Source of the DNA: Octopus bimaculoides
Lineage: Eukaryota
Reading direction: 5' to 3'
NCBI RefSeq assembly: GCF_001194135.2
Contig: NC_069007.1
Coordinates: 6,249,597-6,307,481, forward strand
DNA length: 57,885 nt
In this document: positions 1 to 10,843 of the stretch, in pieces
Layout: each line of letters starts with the position of its first letter
How positions within the stretch are numbered: the stretch's first letter is position 1
Program-made: the position numbers and the translations under genes
Notes under the pieces: generated by a model
The model's database searches: none
What the model saw: the letters and a program-made list of their open reading frames with translations, nothing else
Told to the model about the DNA's origin: nothing

Positions 1-200
1 GTTTTCGTGCGGGTGACACGTAAAAGCACCCACTACACTCTCTGAGTGGTTGGCGTTAGGAAGGGCATCCAGCTGTAGAAACTCTGCCAAATCAGACTGG
101 AGCCTGGTGTTGCCATCCGGTTTCACCAGTCCTCAGTCAAATCGTCCAACCCATGCTAGCATGGAAAGCGGACGTTAAACGATGATGATGATGATGATGA
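1..200 (+). mobile_element. 3' end of RTE-clade LINE (family A), 5'-truncated, with CCATGCTAGCATGG palindrome and (GAT)n tail
   Basis: Only ~3 differences from 42586-42787. The same 3' UTR follows an RTE ORF C-terminus at 56723-56825. Confidence 0.75.
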
Positions 201-202
201 TA

Positions 203-386
203 CTGAAAATTGCACTACTGGGCATTGCACACATCCTACGCAAAACACTTTCAATGCAGTAACCATAAGAGCATCACAGCAAACCACAGCACATACCCAA
301 GGCACACAGAGCTGCGCTCAGTAGTGAGGTGAAAGCACGCTATAAAAATTAAATGACTGAATAATAATAATAATAATAATAATAAT
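203..386 (+). mobile_element. 3' end of R4/Dong-type (RLE) non-LTR retrotransposon with (AAT)n tail
   Basis: 203-262 encodes LKIALLGIAHILRKTLSMQ*, matching the (Q)K.ALLGTAHILR C-terminus of R4/Dong ORFs. A short UTR and (AAT)n follow. Confidence 0.7.
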
Positions 387-575
387 CCTTTCTACTATAA
401 GCACAAGGCTTGAAATTTGAGGGAGAGGTAAGTCGATTAGATCAACCCCAGTACACAACTGGTACTTAATTTACTCATCCCAGAAGGATGAAAGGCAAAG
501 TCGACCTAGGCAGAATTTGAACTCACAGCATAAAGACGGATAAAACGCAGATGCGGTAGTGATTCTACTAACTCA
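386..575 (-). mobile_element. tRNA-derived SINE with Meta-domain-like core (family F)
   Basis: The reverse complement contains GAGTTCAAATTCTGCC..GTCGACTTTGCCTTTCATCCTT..GAGTAAATTAAGTACCAG..CTGGGGTTGATC. Homologous to 5608-5810, 39586-39800, 46828-47005 and 47426-47630. Confidence 0.75.
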
Positions 576-1949
576 CCACTTTGATGATGATGATGATACT
601 GAAGACAAAAGCAGAAACAAAGTGCAGAATTTAAAAGAACTAAACTTTTATTATGAAAGAGAATATGCCTGGCATAAAATGGTAAATGTCTTGAAGATCA
701 ACGAAATTCTTGAAAAAGACTTTGCTGAATGGATTAAAATGGAATGGGTGGCAGGCTGGAATGGAAAGATTTAAATTTAAATATCAATAATCATATTTAA
801 TTTGAATGCATACATATATTTCATACACACTAATACACACAGATGCATGTGTGTGTGTGTGTGTGTGTGCAAGTGCAGTCGTGTGTCTGTAGGATGAGTG
901 CTTGTGTGTGTGTGTATATATATATATATATGTCATCATCATCATCGTTTAACATCCACTTTCCATGCTTGCATAAATATATATGTGTGTGTATATATAT
1001 AAATATATATNNNNNNNNNNNNNNNNNNNNNNNNNNNNNNNNNNNNNNNNNNNNNNNNNNNNNNNNNNNNNNNNNNNNNNNNNNNNNNNNNNNNNNNNNN
1101 NNNNNNNNNNNNNNNNNNNNNNNNNNNNNNNNNNNNNNNNNNNNNNNNNNNNNNNNNNNNNNNNNNNNNNNNNNNNNNNNNNNNNNNNNNNNNNNNNNNN
1201 NNNNNNNNNNNNNNNNNNNNNNNNNNNNNNNNNNNNNNNNNNNNNNNNNNNNNNNNNNNNNNNNNNNNNNNNNNNNNNNNNNNNNNNNNNNNNNNNNNNN
1301 NNNNNNNNNNNNNNNNNNNNNNNNNNNNNNNNNNNNNNNNNNNNNNNNNNNNNNNNNNNNNNNNNNNNNNNNNNNNNNNNNNNNNNNNNNNNNNNNNNNN
1401 NNNNNNNNNNNNNNNNNNNNNNNNNNNNNNNNNNNNNNNNNNNNNNNNNNNNNNNNNNNNNNNNNNNNNNNNNNNNNNNNNNNNNNNNNNNNNNNNNNNN
1501 NNNNNNNNNNNNNNNNNNNNNNNNNNNNNNNNNNNNNNNNNNNNNNNNNNNNNNNNNNNNNNNNNNNNNNNNNNNNNNNNNNNNNNNNNNNNNNNNNNNN
1601 NNNNNNNNNNNNNNNNNNNNNNNNNNNNNNNNATGAAGAAATTCCAAAGTCTACAAGAGGTTTGGCAATGGTTAAGTGTAATGGTACCAGTTCTTGGGCT
1701 GGCAATTCCTCGACATAGGCAGCAGGCAAAATGCTGTAAGGGAGTTCCTTAATGATAAGAGAATGGAATTTTAATGAATGGTAAAAACTCAAAAGAATTT
1801 ATGTAAATGTGAACAATAGATGCTGTAAAGTTTTGAAAGTTAGAGGCAGCGGTGGTGGGAGTGTGTGTGGGAGAGTTGTGGGGGTGAAAAATGTTATAAT
1901 AAAAATGAAAATTAAATAGTAGAAAGGAAATCAAGAAAACAGCAGCAGC

Positions 1950-2177
1950 AGCAGTGGCAATGATGGGGTGGTGGTGGTGGTGGTAGTAGTAGTAGAAGAT
2001 GATGATGATGAGGAGGAGGATGAAGAAGATGATGATGATGATGAAGAAGAAGAAGAAGATGAAGATGGTGAAGCTGATGATAATGAAGAAGATGATGATG
2101 ATGAGGAGGAGGAGGATGAAGAGGAAGACGATGGTGAAGAAGAAGATGATGATGATGATGATGCTGATGAAAAGTAA
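1950..2177. repeat. compound trinucleotide microsatellite (GGT/AGT/GAT/GAA/GAG)n
   Basis: Direct reading of the sequence. It explains the poly-D/E, poly-M and poly-H ORFs. Confidence 0.95.
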
Positions 2178-2213
2178 AAGAATGTCTATGTGCATGCATG
2201 TATATATGTGTTT

Positions 2214-2250
<37 letters not shown>

Positions 2251-2269
2251 CATATACCATTATTATCAT

Positions 2270-2465
2270 CATCATCATCATCATTTAATGCCTCTTTTCC
2301 ATGCTGGCATGTGTTGGATGGTTCGAGTGGAGTTGGCAAGATCAGGGGCGGCACCAGGCTCCATTGTCTGTCCTGACTTGGTATCTATGGCTTGATGCCC
2401 TTCCTAATACTGACCACTCCACTGAATGTATTGAGTGCTTTTTATGCACCGGCACCAGTATCAGT
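2270..2465 (-). mobile_element. diverged RTE LINE 3' end (family A)
   Basis: (CAT)n followed by TTTAATGCCTCTTTTCCATGCTGGCATG..GATGCCCTTCCTAAT, the reverse complement of family A. Confidence 0.65.
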
Positions 2466-2769
2466 TCTGTTGTGGTGCCTGGGTCTTCTTCGGTATATAT
2501 CCAAACTGAGGGAATGGAGCAGGTAAAATCCAGTCTCCATATGTTTCCAAGCCAGCAGAACCATAGAAATAGTAATTACTTAATGCGGGGTATTCAACTA
2601 GCTACTCATCAGGCCAAAGATACCTTAGTTAAATGCAGATTACATTGTCGTCAAGGGATCCCAAGTTAACTCCAAGCAGACTAACCTCATGGTATGCTTT
2701 TCAAAGCTCCTCTCCGAGTACCTGCTACCAAATGTTATAATAGGGTAGAACTTCATTTTTTGCTGGACA

Positions 2770-3222
2770 TACACCAGGCACATGCATCACAACCATATGT
2801 GCATGACATAGTGATCTCATATCAAGGTAAACAATGCATGACCTTGCAGGTGAGACCCAGTTACAATTTTCTTCAGATTGAGTAATCCCACTCAAAAGGT
2901 TCCTGAATAAGGGCTGTTTAAGGATGTTTAAATGAAACCTCTATGTTTTCAAAGGTAAATTTTGCAATCCCCAAAGAATTCCTCTCAACACATGGCTATG
3001 ATGCTTCCTCAATTACTCTGCTCATCATCAGAGGTGCACATATTATCGGCCACTAAAGGACATCTTCAGCTGGTTATGGTCAAACAACTGACAAACAAAT
3101 TTGTGGTATTGAGCAGAATATTTGCTGTAGCCCATTTTTTATACAAAGACAAAACATGATAATACTTCCAATCATTTAAGATCAGATGCCATAAGAGTCA
3201 CTGCCTGGAATTGCATCAGAGC
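2770..3222 (-). mobile_element. unclassified interspersed repeat (family B)
   Basis: Aligns by eye with 5920-6364 (TACACCAGGCACATGCATCACAACCATATGTG ... GTGGTATTGAGCAGAATATTTGCTGTAGCCC). Strand is inferred from the (AAT)n end of the 5831 copy. Confidence 0.7.
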
Positions 3223-3387
3223 ATTTAGCTTGCTTACCAACCACTTAGTTCCAGGTTCAGTTCCACTGTGTGGCACCTTGGACAAGTGTCTTCTACTATA
3301 GCGTTGGGCCAACCAAAGCCTTGTGAGTGGATTTGGTAGATGGAAACTGAAACAAGCCCGTCGTATATACATGTATATATATATATA

Positions 3388-3556
3388 CTTTATTTAAAAG
3401 CAGCAGAAATATAACAAAAGACTGTTACTCGGAGTTTCACGTTCCCGTTTACCGGACAGTTTTGTTAGAAAAAACAAAACAAAACTGTCCGATGAACGGG
3501 AATGTGAAACTCCGAGTAACAGTCTTTTGTTATATTTCTGCTGCTTTTAAATAAAG
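3388..3556. repeat. 79-bp-arm inverted repeat (arms 3388-3466 and 3478-3556, 11-nt spacer, 3 mismatches)
   Basis: Arms compared base by base: CTTTATTTAAAAGCAGCAG...GACAGTTTTGTT and AACAAAACTGTC...CTGCTGCTTTTAAATAAAG. Confidence 0.97.
3478..3531 (+). ncRNA. type I hammerhead-ribozyme-like motif (variant core CCGAUGA), PLE/retrozyme-like
   Basis: Stem I CUGU(3485-88)/ACAG(3519-22), extendable. Core CCGAUGA at 3489-95. Stem II ACG-GGAA-UGU. GAAA at 3506-09. Stem III ACUC-C-GAGU. Predicted cleavage after GUA (3518). Confidence 0.65.
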
Positions 3557-3626
3557 CATATTACTCTACCTCTGGTATTTGAGTACTCTTTTTTCCACCT
3601 TGTTGCACATTTTATGTGCTTACTCC

Positions 3627-3686
<60 letters not shown>

Positions 3687-4547
3687 TATGTGTGTTTGTG
3701 CATCTCTGTTCATCCATCCCCCCATTGCTTGACAACCGGTGTTGGTGTGTTTATGTCCCCGTAAACTTGCGGTTCAGCAAAAGAGACTAATACGATAAGT
3801 ACTAGGCTTACAAAGAATAACAAATAAAAGAATAATAGAATATATACACTTATATATGTATACACACATACACATATATATAGTCATGTGTGTGTGTGTG
3901 TGTGTGTGCTATATATGTGTGATTGATAATACAGAAATAGAAGAATACAAATTTCTGTTGAGTTGTGTTGGTCAGAGAACCTCCAAGAACTGAACAGAGT
4001 TTATTATAATGGGGAGAGTTAATTAACAGATTTTTATCTACCAAATCCTTGCAGGATAGAAATCATTCAATTATGGAATGTATAAGGCAATAGATCTTTT
4101 AAAACAATCATGGAGAAAAGTTGTGTGTGTGTGTGTGTGTGTGTGTAATACATACATAGACATACCTACTAATGCCTATACATTGAGATAGATACATACA
4201 CACAGGTATATATCATCATCATCATTTAACGTCTGTTTTCCATGCTGGCATAGGTTAGACAGTTTGACATGGAACTGGCCAGGCTACAGCTGTTTGTTGA
4301 CCAATGAGATGGCAGTCGCTCGAACTTATATAAACAGCTTGAAAAGATGCTTTCGTGGGGTTAAAAAGTAGTAACAGTTTTGCATAGGACAGCCAACTTA
4401 CATTGGCAAATAAACTTTACTGTACAGTACTGTTACTAGATCTCATTTAGAAATTTTAAAACTACGTGTTTTGCTCCTTATATCAATATACTTATATATA
4501 TATATATATGCATCCTTTTCCAAGTAAGTTTTATCTATATCTATCTA

Positions 4548-4594
<47 letters not shown>

Positions 4595-4602
4595 CTCATA
4601 TA

Positions 4603-5230
4603 CAGTGGGGGGAAATAAATATTCATACATGTCAAAATTCTTTATTTAATTTCTAATGAACATAAATGGGATATACCAATACTATATTTGCATACACATG
4701 CATAAACTAAGAACATGCAAAAGAAACTAATAAATTATAGTAACTAATGAATTTATATACAATTATAAATATTTTGGGCTGAAAAAGTATTCGTACAGAA
4801 CATAAATAACCGATAATTCTGATTTAATACTTTGTAGCATAACCATTATTCAGTTCCACTTCAACCAATCTCTTCTTGTAGTTCTTAATCAATGACTCGC
4901 ATGTTTCTTTAGGAATTTTTTCCCATTTTTTTGACAAACTTTCTTCAAATCTGGAATGCACGTTGGGGCTCTTGAATGAATTTTAATTTTCAAATAACGC
5001 CACAAATTTTCAATGGGGTTCAAGTCAGNNNNNNNNNNTAACGCCACAAATTTTCAATGGGGTTCAAGTCAGGTGACTGGCTTGGCCATTCTAATAATTT
5101 TATATTGTTATTGACAATCCATTTTTTGGTAGACTTCTCCATGTGCTTAGGGTCGTTATCCTGTTGTAAACCCCACCTTTCAGAAAGCTGGAGCTTTTCA
5201 ACAGAGTCCCATAAATTATTGTTCAAAATA
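4603..5230 (-). mobile_element. Tc1-like DD34E transposon, 3' portion with right terminal repeat
   Basis: The minus strand encodes [23 protein letters not shown] (34 residues between D and E) and ..LIKNYKKRLVEVELNNGYATKY*. Terminus TA|CAGTGGGGGGAAATAA at ~4601-4620. Confidence 0.9.
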
Positions 5231-5582
5231 TCTGGTCTATTGGCCTTAATTTCTCTATCTGTGTGTATTGGCATATCCCAGAGTATGGTTGCTTTCTCAT
5301 TTTCTGTGACCTTTTCTGGCGTGTACCTGTACCATCTTCTTTCTGTTGTTATTCCATAGTGTTGGCATAGCCTCCAGTGTATATAGGTCCCAGCTCTGTC
5401 GTGTCTGTGAATATATTCCTTCTGAGCCAGGACTGGGCAGCCAGAGATAATATGATTTATTGTTTCTTGTCCATCGCCACATATTCTGCAGTTACTTGTT
5501 ATGTTTCTTTTCATTACATGTTTTTGGTAATTTCTGGTGGGGAGGCTTTGGTCTTGTGCAGCAATTAAAAATTCTTCAGTCT
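5228..5582 (-). mobile_element. R4/Dong-type LINE fragment: post-RT region, CCHC zinc knuckle and start of the restriction-like endonuclease
   Basis: [59 protein letters not shown] (CCHC, RHD, W-D and PD motifs). Confidence 0.9.
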
Positions 5583-5607
5583 CTTATTATTATTATCTTC
5601 ACTATTA

Positions 5608-5810
5608 GAGTGGTGAGCTGGCAGAATCATTAGCACACCAGGCAAAATCCTTAGTGGCATTTCGTCCATCTTTAAGTTCCAAGTTCAACATTTGCCTTTC
5701 ATCTTTTCAAAGTCGGTAAAATAAGTACCAATTGAATACTGGGGTTGATGTTAATTGACTTTCCCCACTTTTGCCTAAAATTGTTGGCCTTGTGACAAAG
5801 TTTGAAATCA
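5608..5810 (+). mobile_element. Meta-like SINE (family F)
   Basis: GGTGAGCTGGCAGAATCATTAGC head, then TTTGCCTTTCATCTTTTC..GTCGGTAAAATAAGTACCA..CTGGGGTTGATG. Confidence 0.75.
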
Positions 5811-5830
5811 TCATTATTATTATTATCATT

Positions 5831-6364
5831 GAGTGCGAGAGTAGTGCATGCCATCAAAGTGACACTGGGGTAAAATATACAAAGCCCAGTATACCCATCA
5901 TGACTACCTGTCTGATAAGGGTACACCAGGCACATGCATCACAACCATATGTGCATGACATGGTGATCTTATATCAAGATAAACAGCACATGATTTTGCA
6001 GGTGGGGCCCAGTTAGAATTTTCTTCAGGTTGAGTAGCCCATCCTGCTCAAAAGGTCCCTGAATAAGGTTTGTTTAAGGATGTTGAGCAAAACACCCATG
6101 TTTCCAAAGGTGAATTATTCAAACCCCAAAGAATTCCTCTCAACACATGGCTACAATGCTCCCCCACTATTTCTGCTTGTGATCAGAGATGCACATATCG
6201 TCAGCCACCAAGGGACATGCTCAACTGGTTAAGGTCAAACAACTGACAAGCAAATCTGTGGTATTGAGCAGAATATTTGCTGTAGCCCATCTTTTTATAC
6301 CAAGACAAAACAATGTACATGATAACACTTCCAATCAATTTAGATCAGAAACCACGAGAGCCAC
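5831..6364 (-). mobile_element. unclassified ~540-bp interspersed repeat (family B) embedded in (ATT)n
   Basis: Homologous to 2770-3222 and partly to 52460-53000. Flanked by (ATT)n on both sides. Confidence 0.75.
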
Positions 6365-6376
6365 ATTATTATTATA

Positions 6377-6411
<35 letters not shown>

Positions 6412-7297
6412 CATCATTATTTATTTATTTATTTATACACACATACAAACACAGACACACATCCAGGAATTAGACATTTGATGATGATCAAAACTAAAAA
6501 ACGATAAACTTAATGTAAAATTTAACGAGACCCCCTCCCCATAAAAAAAAAAAAAGAAAAGGTACTTTCCCTTTCTGAAGATGAAGCGAATTCTATTCAG
6601 AGAAATTAAAAATATTATTAGCTGTAATTTATCTTTGGCATTTAAATATTTAAATCGATTTTCTTTTTTCGAATTCCTTTGAATATCTCCCTTTGGAAAA
6701 TTGGTAAGCTGACTGGAATTCAAGTACATCAAATCTAATTCATCAAAACTTTACTAATATCAGTGTGTGTATATATATATGTGTGTGATTAAATTGACTA
6801 GGAACACTGTACGCGATGAATATCCAATACCAAACAATCTTAATCTCCATATTTAAACTGCATTAAACTTTGCCAAGCTTACCTTTATCTATTCTGAGTT
6901 ACTTGAAAGGTAATGTACCCTTTTCTCTCTTCTATTTGTTGATACCTTTGTTTACCTACCAATGCATTGTTTCACTTTAAGAATGCTCATTTACCCATCC
7001 ATTATGATATTTCGACTGTTGTCCATTGTTTCAAATACGTTTTAGCATTGTCGTTCTAACCTTTTTTAAACAATCACAAATGATCCGTCCCAAAGAATTA
7101 ACCTTTTAATAAGAGTTTTGCTTCCACTAGTGAAAGCTAACGTATCTTTCAGAAAGCTCCATACCAATTTCACTTTATGCAGCATTCGCTGTTACTTTAT
7201 GCGCTGGCTATGCGGGAAGACAGAATAAAGGGGCTTTTGTTAGTTTATAATAGAATCAATAATTACTTGGTACACTAAAACCCATTTTCCTTTTCCA

Positions 7298-8100
7298 GAT
7301 AATACAAACATGCCGCATAAAAAGAGAGCAGCACGCATTGGCAAGAAGTCTTCTGCAGTGTCAAGGCAGCAGCACTGGCAGGCTAAGGAAACCTGTAGAT
7401 TGTTGAAAAGAACTGCTGCTGCTAGAGCTGCAACTACTGCAAAGCAGTGGGAAACCTATCGAGTGCGTGCTGCTGACGCAAGTGCAGCAGAAACTCCACA
7501 AAAGAGTGGTATCCGTTGGGCATGCAACACTGCATGCACTTCTGCCACGAGGTTGACAGATGACGATAACCATCGGATGGCTCTTGCTTATGGCTATAGG
7601 AAGCCTTCGAGTAGTCGATGGGCATCAAAGGCGCTCAACTATGATCCTGCCGAAGATTATACCACTCACCGAGAGACTGTTACAGGGGATTTGTCTGTAA
7701 TATTTCCGTTTTTCAAGGCCCTCAAGTGGTTTGGGTAATCCAGTGGCCTATGCTGCTCAAACGGAAAGGTTTGCTTGACTGACCTGCAAAACACACCTCA
7801 GCTTTTCCTCTCTTTACTCCTTGGTCAACCACCCTGATTCGCAGCAATTTATACAGAAAATTCGCACTTATAACTCTGCCTTCCAGATGACAAGTTTCGG
7901 TCACAAACCTATTCAGGAAGACTCCTATATGCCAACGTTCAAAATTCAGGACCAAGCCTATCATTGGATAGGCTCTATTCTTGTTGTCAACAATGTTGAA
8001 CATCGATTCCTTCAAATTTACTTCATAGGAGACACCACAGAGCAAACGGCTCGCTGAACTCAGTTGACACCCGGAACAAAGCAATTTAAACCATCCAAAT
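7298..8100 (+). mobile_element. Helitron Rep/helicase N-terminal fragment (degenerate)
   Basis: Across stops and frameshifts: KALKWFG*SSGLCCSNGKVCL, IRTYNSAFQMTSFG, MPTFKIQDQAYHWIGS, FLQIYFIGD. These are typical Helitron RepHel N-terminal motifs. A splice-acceptor-like TTTTCCTTTTCCAG lies just upstream of the ATG at 7310. Confidence 0.9.
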
Positions 8101-8109
8101 GATGGGTGT

Positions 8110-8340
8110 GTTTGCTAGTATAATATAAATGCATTTACAATGCTCATGTTTACTATATACCAAACCAGGTATCACCACCATTTATTACCCGGTCTACCAA
8201 TTGGATAATAACTCATCATTTGGTTCAGCCGATCTACACTGGCCATGTTCCTGTTATAATCGAGGTTCACAAAAAAGGTGCCATTTTCATCAACACATGG
8301 TTGTGCACTGGTAGATAGAAAATTTATCGGTAAATTTCGA
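8110..8340 (-). mobile_element. piggyBac transposase fragment (region of the third catalytic D)
   Basis: The minus strand encodes DYNRNMASVDRLNQMMSYYPIGRPGNKWW*YLVWYIVNMSIVNAFILY, matching the piggyBac YN..MGGVD..DQ...Y.....KWW....N.FILY motif. Confidence 0.85.
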
Positions 8341-9039
8341 TACTTTCACCCACACGGTTTTAACTAAAAAACTCGGAATTTTTGCATGGAATCAAATACT
8401 CTGACTTCTTAGTATGCTGCAAACCCCTAATTTTTGTTCAGGAAACAATCCGATGATTCCCTATCCCGGAATCATTGGAAATTTTTCTTTTTTGTTCAAT
8501 GAATTGCGGTGACCTCCTAATATGCCACAAAATGATGAGCCTGGAATAATGGTTTTAGATAGTTACGCTCTCGAAGACAAGTCTGGTGCTTTATCATGCT
8601 ACTTGTCAATTCCGGGAAAATTATTGATACTCAAGCAGACTGTTCTGAGACTTGCTGAACTCCGTATATTAAAAGACTATGTCTCACGCACACACATTGA
8701 AAATACACGCATATACATGAATACACACACAATGAAAGACAGCGAAAATTCAACATTGTAAAAAGCCCCCCCCCCCTCTGAGATTGAAACAAGACACTTA
8801 TTTACGGCTGTAAATAGACTACACCCAGCAGCACAGAAAACCTATGTAGGTTAGGTGTGACGAAGAAGTCGAACCATTTCTCCTGCGAAACAATACTGAT
8901 GTAAGAANNNNNNNNNNNNNNNNNNNNNNNNNNNNNNNNNNNNNNNNNNAAATGTTATTTACCTAATTTCTAAATTAATTTAATTCTTCCATCTTTCTGG
9001 GCAGATATATCTATCATATTTTCATAGAAATCTTCTCTT

Positions 9040-9480
9040 TTCATCAATTGTTGTAATAAATCTTTTTCAATTGACATTAATGCTAACCCAGACAGTCTTC
9101 TTTCTTCTGTTGCATTTCTTTGTTTTGATTCTACTTAATGCAGAAAAGGATCGCTCTACAGAAGCAGTAGTAGACGGAATTGTCAAAATCAACTTGCACA
9201 GGTTGAAGAGTTCTGGCATAGCTTCAACAAGGTCACTGCTGTAAATGTAACTCATTAAATGACTTACACTTTGCATTTTAAAATCTTTCATTGAATACAT
9301 CACATTGAGCTCACTTTGTAATCATATTACATCAAAACCTCTGCCATAAGTCATTTTCAAAGAATCTAAAGAGTCCACAGGAAATTGTTTGCAATACTCA
9401 TCAACTTTGTTGAAATTCAAAAGTTTCATGAATTATAACAACATCGATCAATCGTTGCAGAATGGATCTGTTTCGTCTAA
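9040..9480 (-). mobile_element. hAT transposase C-terminal dimerization-domain fragment
   Basis: PELFNLCKLILTIPSTTASVERSFSALSRIKT (hAT T.AS.ERSFS.L.RIKT motif). Confidence 0.9.
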
Positions 9481-9679
9481 CTTTCTCATTATGATGTTGT
9501 ATGCTTTGATTTTTACATGCCTCTAATTGTCAGTCTATGCGAACATTCCTGAATATTTTAAGATCTATCAAAGATTTTATATGCCTTTGCGAACGCTTGT
9601 GCTTTAGCATAGCCATATGTAAATTATTTAAATCATCATGGCCTTTATCATTCTAAACATTCTTTTCTAAGCAAAAAAG

Positions 9680-10200
9680 TAAACAAGGCCAACAGAATAA
9701 TTTATTAAATGTAGAGCCCTCTAGTTTTTCCGGCGGACAATTAGTTTCATCAATTTCAACTTCAATCGAATCGCCGCCTGCAGGTTCCTGTGAGTGAAAC
9801 CACTTTTCTGTGACTTCGGAACAAAAAGATCTCCAGTGCACAGTAGTTGTTGGACACAATTGCAGGTTTTCCATCATTGTGATATGGTTCCAAGAACGAT
9901 GAAAACATTCGTTAACGAAGATAACGATTTTCCACGGAGGAGTGTGTGCAAGATGGAGAAAGAACCCATGAAAGTCCGACACAGAATAGCCACACTGATG
10001 TCGTTTTTTTCAATTTGGTGACAGTGTAAATTTTTCTGCATCGCCAGACGTGCTGGTCCTTTCTATACACACATTCACTCCGATATCGTGGACATATTAC
10101 AGTAGTGGGCAGGACGCCATTGTTCCGAAAAAATTCAATAGCTTTTCAGTCATCGTCAATAAATTCACGGATGCAATGGAGAGAACAGTTCTGCAAATGC
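9680..10200 (-). mobile_element. Merlin (eukaryotic IS1595/IS1016-like) transposase N-terminal fragment
   Basis: Zinc-ribbon-like ICPRYRSEC..HVWRCRK..HQCGYSVS, then TTVHWRSFCSEV..QEPAGGDSIEVEIDE, matching the Merlin IGG.G.IVEIDE first-aspartate motif. Confidence 0.8.
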
Positions 10201-10245
10201 TTTCTTATTTTTATGATTCTGATCCCCTCTCTTTCTTTCTCTCTC

Positions 10246-10322
<77 letters not shown>

Positions 10323-10779
10323 TAGTAGTGTAGAAGAGAAAACGTTATTTTTTCTTAAACATACAAGATATAGTCTATAAATTAAGGATGCTTTGAAAGC
10401 ATACTATATTTTATCATCAGAATATATATATATTTTCTAAAAATATATTTATTTCAAATCGCTTCTTTGCATATATGATTTCACAGCAAAGAAGTAAGTA
10501 GTGCTTTATCGGTGAATTTTTACCTGTCTACATATACATACGCTATTGTATATATATATTAACTCAACGGAATACACTGCAAGTCGATGGGTACCGCATA
10601 TTCTCCTCCATTTTCTAATTGCTATTTAAATTTAGGGTAAAATAACCCCACTTTTACCCGCACCCACTTATTACACTTGGTACAACACTAGTGTAACAAT
10701 AATTGGGTACCCTCCCAGCAGTATATTGAATAGATACTATCCCTTAGTGGGTTGAATCCTCAACCCCTAACTCTCTTGC

Positions 10780-10838
<59 letters not shown>

Positions 10839-10843
10839 GTATA

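Larger units (their letters stand above)
3223..3830 (+). mobile_element. composite SINE (family D), split at its internal (TA)n by a palindromic insertion
   Basis: 5' half at 3223-3365 (GGTTCAGTTCC B box, GTGGCACCTTGGACAAGTGTC). 3' half at 3690-3830 (GCTTGACAACCGGTG..AAAAGAGACTAATACGATAAGTACTAGGC). Confidence 0.8.

Noticed and set aside
110-145. CTGAGGA-CTGGT-GAAAC on the minus strand of family A, resembling a hammerhead core
   Set aside because: There is no stem II pairing, no U16.1 and no stem I complement. It is at most a relic, and other copies do not conserve it.
1633-1790. Non-repetitive segment with short open frames (e.g. HFACCLCRGIASPRT, minus strand)
   Set aside because: The donor is weak, it is truncated by a gap, and no family is recognisable.
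1968-2177. Acidic poly-D/E ORF
   Set aside because: It is a compound trinucleotide microsatellite with no splice or start context.
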